Under the pieces are notes generated by a model that was given only the letters and a program-made list of their open reading frames with translations, was not told the origin of the DNA and ran no database searches. This document shows positions 1-6,806 of a DNA stretch of 64,000 nucleotides, one piece after another. Every line of letters begins with the position of its first letter. The first letter of the stretch is position 1. Origin of the DNA: Dehalococcoidia bacterium (lineage in GTDB: Bacteria > Chloroflexota > Dehalococcoidia > GIF9 > AB-539-J10); contig JAUWQY010000006.1 of NCBI GenBank assembly GCA_030610855.1, forward strand, positions 153 through 64,152, given 5' to 3'. The translations under genes were made by a program, and so were the position numbers.

Positions 1-11
1 TCGCGGGCAAG

Positions 12-374
12 GTGAGACCAAGGTTTGCGTGGTCGGAGGTACAGGATGTCAGCGGAGTTTACTATAGCCTGCAGATATCAGCCAGTGCCAATGTCACGGA
101 CACCGGGGAATTCGTCGACCCCATCGTGAAGCTAGAGCGCCGGGTCGGGTCGAACTATACCCTTGAGAAAGCAGAAGCTCTATCGCACGGCACCTACTAC
201 TGGATTGTGCAGGCCGTGGATGGGGCGGAGAACGCGGGCAACTGGACCGCGGCCCAATCCTTCCGGGCCGGGCGCTTGCCTATGTGGGCATTCATTGTTA
301 TCATAGTCTTCGCCGTATTGGGCGCCGCCGCTGCTATTTACCTCTTCCTGGTAAGGAGAAGGATGTACCTCTAG
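12..374 (+). CDS. C-terminal fragment of a surface or membrane-anchored protein; the gene probably begins upstream of the window. It ends in a hydrophobic helix followed by RRR.
   Basis: The ORF is open from the window edge. The C-terminus is WAFIVIIVFAVLGAAAAIYLFLVRRRMYL, a transmembrane anchor plus a basic tail. It contains N-x-T/S sequons and an Ig/FN3-like YYWIVQAVD segment. Confidence 0.4.
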   Translation: MRPRFAWSEVQDVSGVYYSLQISASANVTDTGEFVDPIVKLERRVGSNYTLEKAEALSHGTYYWIVQAVDGAENAGNWTAAQSFRAGRLPMWAFIVIIVFAVLGAAAAIYLFLVRRRMYL

Positions 375-396
375 AGCAACGCGATGAGGAGTCTTG

Positions 397-437
397 GAGA
401 TTCATCGCTCCGACAAGTCGGAGCTCAGCATGACAAG
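397..437 (-). repeat. Nested-hairpin dispersed repeat, subtype A: agattc-[ctccgacaagtcggag]-ctcagcatgacaag.
   Basis: It shares the flanks gagattc / ctcag(a/c)atgaca and an inner palindrome ccgacNNgtcgg with the copies at 2072, 3892 and 4278. Confidence 0.6.
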
Positions 438-608
438 AAGCGAAGGGCGCGCAATGACGCGTAGGGCGAAAAGCGGAAATGGAGATAAGATAGAGGCTGT
501 TTGGAAAATGTAGCTGCCCAATTTACCGGGCGATTATGCTCCGATGAACTTGGAGCAACTACAGAGAATCAAGACTAAACGGTCTTAGAAAAGAGCAGGA
601 GGCGAAGA

Positions 609-1787
609 ATGAAGCTAACAGTTATTGGACTGGGACAATGTGGAAGCCGGATTGCCGACCATTTTGCCAGGCTGAATCTCAAGGCGCGTACCCAGCGCAA
701 GGCAACCATAGCCCCCACCGTCATTGCCGTGAATACGGACCAGGCGGATTTGACCGGGCTGAGGTTTATCAAGAACGACTTCCAGCACCGGGTGCTCCTG
801 GGCTTGCGCCAGACGCTGGGACACGGGGTAGGCAAGATAAACGAGCTGGGGGCTCAATTGGCCAAGGAGGACGGTGACAAGGTGCTGGAGGCCGTGAAAG
901 CCAGTCCACAGTTTTACGAGACCCACGCCTTTCTTATCGTAGCCGGCACTGCCGGCGGCACGGGCTCGGGAGCCCTGCCCATAATATGCCGCGCCGTTAA
1001 GGAGCGATACATCAGCAAGCCGGTCTATGCCCTGGCCGTTCTGCCCTTTGAGCATGAGCAGACTACAGAGTCCAGAAGCGTATATAACACCGCTACCTGC
1101 CTGAAATCCACTTACGACATGGTGGATGCCATCTTTCTCGCGGATAACCAGAGGTACGTGAAAAAAGATGCCAGCCTCATCAGTAACATCGACACAATAA
1201 ACAGGATGATTGTCGAGCCCTTCTACGACTTGATGTGCGCCGGCGAAGTAACCAAAGCCAAACACGTGGGCGCGCGGACGATAGACGCCGGCGACATAAT
1301 CGCCAGCCTGGAAGGATGGACCACTATCGGCCTGGGCAGACATGAGCTTCCTTCGTTCCGCTTCCCCTGGGAGATAAGGAAGAGGACTTTCCGCGAAAAA
1401 GCCCTGGAGAGCTTCCGCGGGACACAGGCCCTGGACGCCACCATCTCCGACCTTTCCCTCACTTGCAGCCCCAAAGACGCCGCCAAAGCCATCTATATCA
1501 TATCTGGCCCGGGAAAAGAGCTTAACATGGACATGGTCAAGAGCGTTGCCGATTACGTTAAGGAGTTGGCAGCCAACGCCTTGATTCGAGGCGGCGATTT
1601 CCCCGGGGAAAAGCACTTTATCGACGTTACCCTGATACTATCACAGCTGTCCTTTGTGCCCAGGATAAAGGACTTCTACGAGCAAGCTACCAAGTATGCC
1701 CAGGAGCATCAGGGGCAGATAGAGGAAACTAAGAAAAGGATTGAATCCCTGGCTGAGCTGGGCAAGGACCTGCCTACGTTGGAATGA
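609..1787 (+). CDS. Tubulin/FtsZ-superfamily GTPase with tubulin/CetZ-like motifs, not FtsZ-like motifs.
   Basis: The start has a strong SD, aggaggcgaagaATG. The T1 loop is GLGQCGSRI (tubulin has GQCGNQ; FtsZ has GGGGNNA). The T4 loop is AGTAGGTGSG (tubulin GGGTGSG). IFLADNQRY resembles tubulin FMVDNEA. SNIDTINRMIVEP resembles tubulin LNVDLTEFQTNLVP (T7). The blocks AVNTDQADLTGL...HRVLLG...GHGVG..ELGAQLAKED resemble the archaeal CetZ clade as I recall it. Length is 392 aa. Confidence 0.8.
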   Translation: MKLTVIGLGQCGSRIADHFARLNLKARTQRKATIAPTVIAVNTDQADLTGLRFIKNDFQHRVLLGLRQTLGHGVGKINELGAQLAKEDGDKVLEAVKASPQFYETHAFLIVAGTAGGTGSGALPIICRAVKERYISKPVYALAVLPFEHEQTTESRSVYNTATCLKSTYDMVDAIFLADNQRYVKKDASLISNIDTINRMIVEPFYDLMCAGEVTKAKHVGARTIDAGDIIASLEGWTTIGLGRHELPSFRFPWEIRKRTFREKALESFRGTQALDATISDLSLTCSPKDAAKAIYIISGPGKELNMDMVKSVADYVKELAANALIRGGDFPGEKHFIDVTLILSQLSFVPRIKDFYEQATKYAQEHQGQIEETKKRIESLAELGKDLPTLE

Positions 1788-1789
1788 CG

Positions 1790-2355
1790 TGCGGGGTCGG
1801 AGACAAGCCCCGACCCTACAGATGAGTGCGGTGCCCCGATTCGTTGCGGTGCAGGGAGCGGGACAACAGTGTAGCCCGAGGCGTTCATAACCCCCCTTAT
1901 AATCCCCCTTTATCTTAAGGGGGGATTAAGGAGAAAACTCCCATATTCCAAGTCCCCCTGTTCAGATAAAAGCGGCAGGGACATTGGGATCCCTCTCTTT
2001 AGGCAAGAGGGGCCAGGGGAGTTATGATTCCCCCCTCTTAGCGTAAGAGGGGGCTAGGGGGAGTTACGAATGAGATTCTTCGCCCCGACGGTCGGGACTC
2101 AGAATGACAGGGGTGGTAGTGCGAGGCTCTAGCCTCGTGAAGGGGAGAGGGCACGACCCTGAAGGGTCGCACTACAGTATTGGGTGCACCGGCGCAGCCC
2201 GAGTCATTTTGTAGTTGCTCCGATTTCATCGGAGCACGGTTGGGCGGCTATTCCCCCTGTCGTTGCGAGCCCCGACTTGTCGGGACGCAGCAATCTCGGT
2301 CGGGTAGGAGATTGCCGCGCTCTGCATTCGCTCCGCTCGCAATGACGGGCGGCAC
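1790..2355. repeat. Hairpin-dense non-coding region. It contains several GC-stem/AT-loop palindromes and at least four copies of the dispersed nested-hairpin repeats.
   Basis: Palindromes: gggtcggagacaagccccgaccc (1797-1821); taatccccc..ggggggatta (~1905-1935); ccctctctttaggcaagaggg (~1988-2008); cccctcttagcgtaagagggg (~2030-2052). Subtype A repeat at 2072-2110. cgaccctgaagggtcg at ~2166-2181. tgtagttgctccgatttcatcggagc at 2203-2236. Subtype B at 2260-2297 and a degenerate inverted B copy at 2310-2346. Confidence 0.6.
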
Positions 2356-2359
2356 CTGT

Positions 2360-3757
2360 CTAGCTCTCTCTGAGCCGGCCTTTTGCCTCCCTGGGACCAA
2401 GACCTTTGGCAGCCTGGACCACCAGAGCCAGACTCACGAGGAAATCGTCATGTCCCTCTTGAGGGTCAACATAGAAGTTAATCGTCTGGTTGGGGCGATA
2501 TTGCGCCCTCGCTTTTTCCAACTCGAACATGGTTTCCCTATACTCGCCGGAGCCGTCCTGCCTGTAGAGTTTAAGCCTACCGGAGTTTATGAAGGACAAC
2601 AGCTCAAAGCCCATGTCCGATTTGCTCTTCGAGGTAATGACAAATGGGATAACCCGGCTTCCCAGTTCCTGCCTGAGAAAGCTGGCGACAGGCTGGCCGA
2701 TGCCCGTAGCGTCGACTACTATCCTGTGGCAGTTCCAGACATCGCGCAGAATGCCCGTCATCTGGCCATAGAGCTGACTATGGGGCGTTCCCGTCCAGCG
2801 GTATTGTTCCACGACCTTCAGCACCGGCTGTGAAGGACTGGCAGCGGCGACCTCAGCGATGGTGATTACCGTCGAGTCGTGCCCCCACCCCCGGCGGGTG
2901 CCAGTAGCCTCCTCTGCCGTCAGCTCCGGCTCGTGTTCGCCTGCCAAATCCACGCCGGCAACGTATGTCCTCTTTCCCCCGGCGGCCTGTCCTGAGCCTG
3001 CCGAAGGATGCGACTGCCTCTGGTGTTCTCCAAGCACGAGGGCTATTTGCTGGCGTGACAGGAAACCTCCACCGCGTGTGATAGGCAATAAGGCATATTG
3101 CGTCCGGAACAGGGGATGCTCTTCACCCAATCTTTGCCGCTCAGCCTCCACAAACCTCACATAATCAGGATTGTAGCGCCCTACCTCCTGCCAGTCATAT
3201 CTGAAGTGGCGCTTTATGCCATCCTTCCCTTCCAGTTCCAGATTGGCCTGCTTCACCTCTTCCAGCAAGCTGCTACTGTCCCACGTAGTGCCGTAAAGAA
3301 TCGTGGTCACGTTGGTGGCGGAACCCATGGGGCGGAATTCCCTGCTGTACTTCTCTTTGCTGACATCTTGCGCTTCATCGATCTCAAGGATTATGTCGGC
3401 GGTATGTCCCACCACCGAAGAGGAGCCATCGGCCGAGAGAAAGATGGCTCTGGCGTTGCCGAGCTGTAGAATATAGCCCATCTGGAGACGATAGATGCCG
3501 TCAAAACCAAAATCAACGAGCCTCTCTTTCAGCCTTTCTATAGATATAACGGTCTGAGGCCTGAAGGTCGGGGAGCATTTTACGAGACTGCCTCCCCCGG
3601 CCATATAGAGCGTTAACAGCAGGACTTCCAGATGCGCCGAAAGCTCATTCTTGCCTCCCTGGCGGGCAATCTCCGCGGAAAAGGTCAGTCCCATTCCCTT
3701 CTGGATGGAGTCCATAGCCGCACGGGCGACTTGCAGCTGGTAAGGTCGTAGTTTCAT
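2360..3757 (-). CDS. Phage terminase large subunit (N-terminal ATPase plus C-terminal RNaseH-like nuclease). It is solitary: no other phage structural genes lie in the window.
   Basis: Walker-A-like ARQGGKNELSA; Walker B ILEIDEAQDV; C-terminal nuclease block with AGVDLAGEHE and VVDATGIGQP. Length 465 aa. Flanked on both sides by hairpin repeats. Confidence 0.75.
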   Translation of the reverse strand: MKLRPYQLQVARAAMDSIQKGMGLTFSAEIARQGGKNELSAHLEVLLLTLYMAGGGSLVKCSPTFRPQTVISIERLKERLVDFGFDGIYRLQMGYILQLGNARAIFLSADGSSSVVGHTADIILEIDEAQDVSKEKYSREFRPMGSATNVTTILYGTTWDSSSLLEEVKQANLELEGKDGIKRHFRYDWQEVGRYNPDYVRFVEAERQRLGEEHPLFRTQYALLPITRGGGFLSRQQIALVLGEHQRQSHPSAGSGQAAGGKRTYVAGVDLAGEHEPELTAEEATGTRRGWGHDSTVITIAEVAAASPSQPVLKVVEQYRWTGTPHSQLYGQMTGILRDVWNCHRIVVDATGIGQPVASFLRQELGSRVIPFVITSKSKSDMGFELLSFINSGRLKLYRQDGSGEYRETMFELEKARAQYRPNQTINFYVDPQEGHDDFLVSLALVVQAAKGLGPREAKGRLRES

Positions 3758-3762
3758 AGCTG
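3731..3762 (-). repeat. Copy 1 of a 32-bp direct repeat spanning the terminase start codon (ttgcagctggtaaggtcgtagtttcatagctg).
   Basis: 31 of 33 positions are identical to the copy at 3849-3880. This copy encodes MKLRPYQLQ, the genuine terminase start. Confidence 0.7.
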
Positions 3763-3848
3763 GTTATCGGCGATCAGCCTCAAAATCGTAAAGGAAGGGC
3801 TTCCTTCACGCCTCGAACGGTGGGTTATTGGCCATCAGGTCCAATACT

Positions 3849-3880
3849 TGCAGTTGGTCAGGTCGTAGTTTCATAGCTCT
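3849..3880 (-). repeat. Copy 2 of the 32-bp direct repeat: a duplicated terminase 5' end with a stronger SD. It opens a 22-codon ORF, MKLRPDQLQVLDLMANNPPFEA*.
   Basis: The minus strand reads aggaggagtacgagagctATGaaactacgacctgaccaactgcaag. It is in frame with the terminase ATG 117 nt downstream, but separated from it by TGA and TAA stops. Confidence 0.65.
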
Positions 3881-3891
3881 CGTACTCCTCC

Positions 3892-3932
3892 TTGTCATTC
3901 TGAGCTCCGACAAGTCGGAGCGAAGAATCTCA
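3892..3932 (+). repeat. Nested-hairpin dispersed repeat, subtype A, forward orientation (tgtcattctgag-ctccgacaagtcggag-cgaagaatctc).
   Basis: An outer stem attct/agaat surrounds the inner hairpin ccgacaagtcgg. It is the inverted partner of the copy at 4278-4326. Confidence 0.7.
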
Positions 3933-3969
3933 CCCGCTCGGAGCAAATGCCACGAAGGGCGAAGATGTC

Positions 3970-4260
3970 CTACTCCTCATACCATCTCTCACCTAAGTCT
4001 TTCCATTCTGGATTTGCCGCCTCGATTAAGGCAATCTTCTTCTTTCGCAGCCATCCCTTGATTTGCTTTTCCCTCTGGATCGCAGCACGTACATCACTAG
4101 TAATCTCATAATAGACCAGCCTGGCGATATTGTATTTTCGAGTAAATCCCTCAATTAGCTTATTTCTGTGTTCATATACACGCCGGACTAGATCATCGGT
4201 TACACCTGTGTAAAGCGTTCTAGAGTTATTGGTCATGATATAAACGTAGTACTGCTTCAT
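3970..4260 (-). CDS. GIY-YIG nuclease superfamily small protein (COG2827/YhbQ-like).
   Basis: YVYIMTNNSRTLYTGVTDDLVRRVYEH..IEGFTRKYNIARLVYYE is the classic GIY-YIG core (GIY...YIG, Arg, Glu). Length 96 aa. Bracketed by inverted copies of the subtype-A repeat. Confidence 0.85.
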   Translation of the reverse strand: MKQYYVYIMTNNSRTLYTGVTDDLVRRVYEHRNKLIEGFTRKYNIARLVYYEITSDVRAAIQREKQIKGWLRKKKIALIEAANPEWKDLGERWYEE

Positions 4261-4277
4261 TACCTTAGCTTTTTCTT

Positions 4278-4326
4278 AGATTCTTCCGTCGCCCCGATTC
4301 ATCGGGGCTCCCTCAGAATGACAAAG
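4278..4326 (-). repeat. Nested-hairpin dispersed repeat, subtype A, reverse orientation (agattcttc-cgtcgccccgattcatcggggc-tccctcagaatgacaaag).
   Basis: Its reverse complement is ctttgtcattctgaggga-gccccgatgaatcggggc-gacggaagaatct, matching the 3892-3932 copy in inverted orientation. Confidence 0.7.
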
Positions 4327-4429
4327 AAGTAAAGGGCTCAGAATCGCACCTTATCTTGCCACAAAATAGAACACCTCTAATAGGACCTGTGTTCTTTTCA
4401 TGGCTGGTCGTGCCCTTGTGGATAGGAGC

Positions 4430-4912
4430 CTATTTACTGGCTATCTTCATGCCCACCCCGACCCCCAGGGGCAGGGCAACCTCGGTCAGGACCTTCTGGA
4501 CGGCTTCTTTCAGGGATTTCTTCTGCTCTCTGGTAATCTGGTATCGTGTTCTCACCAGCCGGGCTATGATATTGGCTGCCTCGAAGTGCTGGTCGATCCG
4601 CTCCGGCTGTTCTTCCACGAGCTGCCTGAGCTTCAGCCTGAGAAGAGCAATCTCCTCGTCAATTCCCTCGACGCAAGAGGCCTCCTCCAGCTCAACCCGT
4701 TCCGCCTCATCCAGAGCCCGGCTATAGAAACCCCGTGGACTACCTTTCCGCTTGCTTCTCCCTTGTGTTGTCATAACGGTTCTTGGGTCGGCACGAATTT
4801 GCAGGGTTTCTGACATGTGATCTATGGGCAGCCGGCAGGGTGGCGGGACTTCTCTCATACCGGTTTTTGCCGTATTGCACCCGCGCCTTGACCAGACCGT
4901 AGACAAGGACAT
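4430..4912 (-). CDS. Hypothetical protein. It may be a frameshifted gene, or two overlapping small genes, spanning ~4430-4990.
   Basis: The 3' two-thirds (4430-~4740) is protein-like: FYSRALDEAERVELEEASCVEGIDEEIALLRLKLRQLVEEQ...KEAVQKVLTEVALPLG. Upstream of ~4740 a different frame (the ORF 4740-5174 frame, up to ~4990) looks more coding-like: NPFVYLEHLCYDGVVKLLAAALQKQDYELAAHVLVYGLVKARVQYGKN. Confidence 0.35.
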   Translation of the reverse strand: MSLSTVWSRRGCNTAKTGMREVPPPCRLPIDHMSETLQIRADPRTVMTTQGRSKRKGSPRGFYSRALDEAERVELEEASCVEGIDEEIALLRLKLRQLVEEQPERIDQHFEAANIIARLVRTRYQITREQKKSLKEAVQKVLTEVALPLGVGVGMKIASK

Positions 4913-5014
4913 GGGCCGCCAGCTCGTAATCCTGCTTCTGAAGAGCGGCCGCCAGTAGCTTCACGACGCCATCATAGCACAAGTGTTCTAAATAGACAAA
5001 GGGGTTTTGTCGCT

Positions 5015-6049
5015 TCAGAGGACGGCATGCAGGAGCGATGCTATCACCCAACCGAGGGCACCGCAGACCGGGAAGGTCAGAATCCAGGCCAACACGATAT
5101 TCTTGGTTACACCCCACCTCACTGCAGAGAGGCGCTTCGTGGCACCCACCCCCATTACAGCCGCCGTGGCACAATGAGTGCTGCTGACAGGAATCCCCAG
5201 GCGTGAGGATATCTCAATGATGGTTGCCGCTGAGAAATCAGTGGCAAAACCGTGAATCGGTTGCAGGGCGGTAATCTTGAACCCTACTGTCCTGATCACC
5301 CGCCAGCCACCGACGGCAGTGCCTAAACTAATGGACAACGAGGAGATGACTATGACCCACCACAAACCACGACCGATCGCAATCTCGTCCCACACGGCGG
5401 CCGCCTGCCCGAATTGGCCAGTCCGCTGATAGAAAATCACCAGTGCCATGGCAATGATGCCGATGGGCATCTGTCCATTGTTCTTGCCCAGACTGTAAGC
5501 CAGAAAAGCGGTCGTAAGCCATTGCAGACGGCTGAAGATGACCCTTATCCGGGCGGGAGCGTTTCGCCGAAACGTCCAGAGCAGGGCAATTACCAGGGCA
5601 AAGCCACCGACGAAACCGAGGGCAGGGGTAGCAATCACCGACGCCAGCACCGGTCGCATGACATGCCACTGCACCGCATCTGTGCCCCCCGCCACCGCCA
5701 TGCCGGCTCCTGCGAGCCCGGCGACCAGGCTGTGAGTCGAGCTTACCGGCAGACCACGCCGAGTAGCTATGGCAACCCAGACTATGACTGCGGCTAAACT
5801 GGCGAACAACGTCTCATATAGAATTGCCTCAGGGAGCAGAATTCCCTTGCCGATGGTTTTGGCAACCTCGAGGCCGGTAGCGGCACCGGCGAAGGTAAAA
5901 AAGGCAGCCAGTATTATGGCGCTTGCAGGCGAAAGAGCACGAGAGCCAATGGAAGCAGCGACGCTATTGGCAGAATCATTGAAACCGTTGACCACTCCAA
6001 AGCCGATGGCTGCCCCAACTACCAGAACCAGCAGAGCGAGTTCAGGCAT
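5015..6049 (-). CDS. pit: Inorganic phosphate transporter, PiT family.
   Basis: Has the GFNDSANSVAASIG and GIPVSSTH signature repeats of PHO4/PiT. It is multi-pass hydrophobic. It overlaps the start of the downstream phoU-like gene by 8 bp. Confidence 0.9.
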   Translation of the reverse strand: MPELALLVLVVGAAIGFGVVNGFNDSANSVAASIGSRALSPASAIILAAFFTFAGAATGLEVAKTIGKGILLPEAILYETLFASLAAVIVWVAIATRRGLPVSSTHSLVAGLAGAGMAVAGGTDAVQWHVMRPVLASVIATPALGFVGGFALVIALLWTFRRNAPARIRVIFSRLQWLTTAFLAYSLGKNNGQMPIGIIAMALVIFYQRTGQFGQAAAVWDEIAIGRGLWWVIVISSLSISLGTAVGGWRVIRTVGFKITALQPIHGFATDFSAATIIEISSRLGIPVSSTHCATAAVMGVGATKRLSAVRWGVTKNIVLAWILTFPVCGALGWVIASLLHAVL

Positions 6050-6674
6050 GCTTCAATACTATACCCTCAAGGACGTCGGCGACGTCTTCGCCCCGGTCGG
6101 TGGCGCTTTCGAGGTGGTCATAGATCTCGCGCCATTTGATTACGTCACAGACATCCATATGGCATAAATCGAATAGCTCAGCCAGGGCAGCGTGGTGTAC
6201 GTCGTCAGCCTCATTTTCCAGGCTGTTGATCTGCACACACTGTTTGAGAATCCACGCGTACTGATCACCGTGGCGCAGACGAGGCATTGCTTCATTCAAC
6301 TTGCGGGTTATCCTGGCTACGATTCGAGCTAGCTGCCGGGCTCGTTCCGTGGGCTGGTCAATACGGTAAAGGAAGGTTGTTCTGGCCGCAGCCTCCATGA
6401 AGTCCATTACATCATCCAGGCTATGGGCCAGGAGAGTAATATCCTCTCTGTCGATAGGAGTGACAAACGTGCGGTGCACCCTCTTTATTATCTCGTGGGT
6501 TATGTTATCGCCTTGGTGCTCCAAATCCTTGATTTGCCTGGCTTTCGCTTCAACATCTTCGTAGTTTTCAAAGAGGTCAACCAGCTTTTCTGCGGCAGCA
6601 ACCAGGTTGCTCGCAGCCTGTTCAAACAGGTCGTAGAACCCCATGTCTCTGGGAGTCAGGCGAAATCTAGCCAA
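6042..6674 (-). CDS. PhoU-like phosphate transport regulator (DUF47/TIGR00153; Pit accessory protein).
   Basis: Helical 210-aa protein with paired repeats (DNITHEIIKRVHRTF... and ENEADDVHHAALAELF). It sits immediately upstream of pit and is co-oriented with it. Confidence 0.8.
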   Translation of the reverse strand: MARFRLTPRDMGFYDLFEQAASNLVAAAEKLVDLFENYEDVEAKARQIKDLEHQGDNITHEIIKRVHRTFVTPIDREDITLLAHSLDDVMDFMEAAARTTFLYRIDQPTERARQLARIVARITRKLNEAMPRLRHGDQYAWILKQCVQINSLENEADDVHHAALAELFDLCHMDVCDVIKWREIYDHLESATDRGEDVADVLEGIVLKHA

Positions 6675-6806
6675 CGTGCACCTCCGTCAATACACACTCC
6701 CGGTCCCGAAGTACTCTTCCTCTGCCCCGCGCATTATAACACACCGCGAGAGATTCCCACTCTATGCTGTATTCGTTTTTACGATTAGCGGCACCTCTTC
6801 CTCCCG

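Noticed and set aside
615-1616. 333-aa ORF on the minus strand, fully antisense to the tubulin-like gene.
   Set aside because: It lies entirely within a strongly supported sense CDS, has Gly/Ala/Arg-rich high-GC antisense composition, and has no motifs.
1790-2355. Considered whether the hairpin cluster is a CRISPR array.
   Set aside because: The units are not identical. Spacing is irregular (20-90 bp). There is no leader and no cas genes. Individual units match dispersed copies elsewhere instead.
2180-2833. 217-aa plus-strand ORF overlapping the repeat cluster and the terminase 3' end.
   Set aside because: It is antisense to the terminase and begins inside the hairpin repeats. It is Arg/Ser/Pro-rich and low-complexity.
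5328-6167. Several 60-130-aa ORFs on either strand inside pit.
   Set aside because: They are embedded in, or antisense to, the PiT transporter CDS. They are typical high-GC shadow ORFs.
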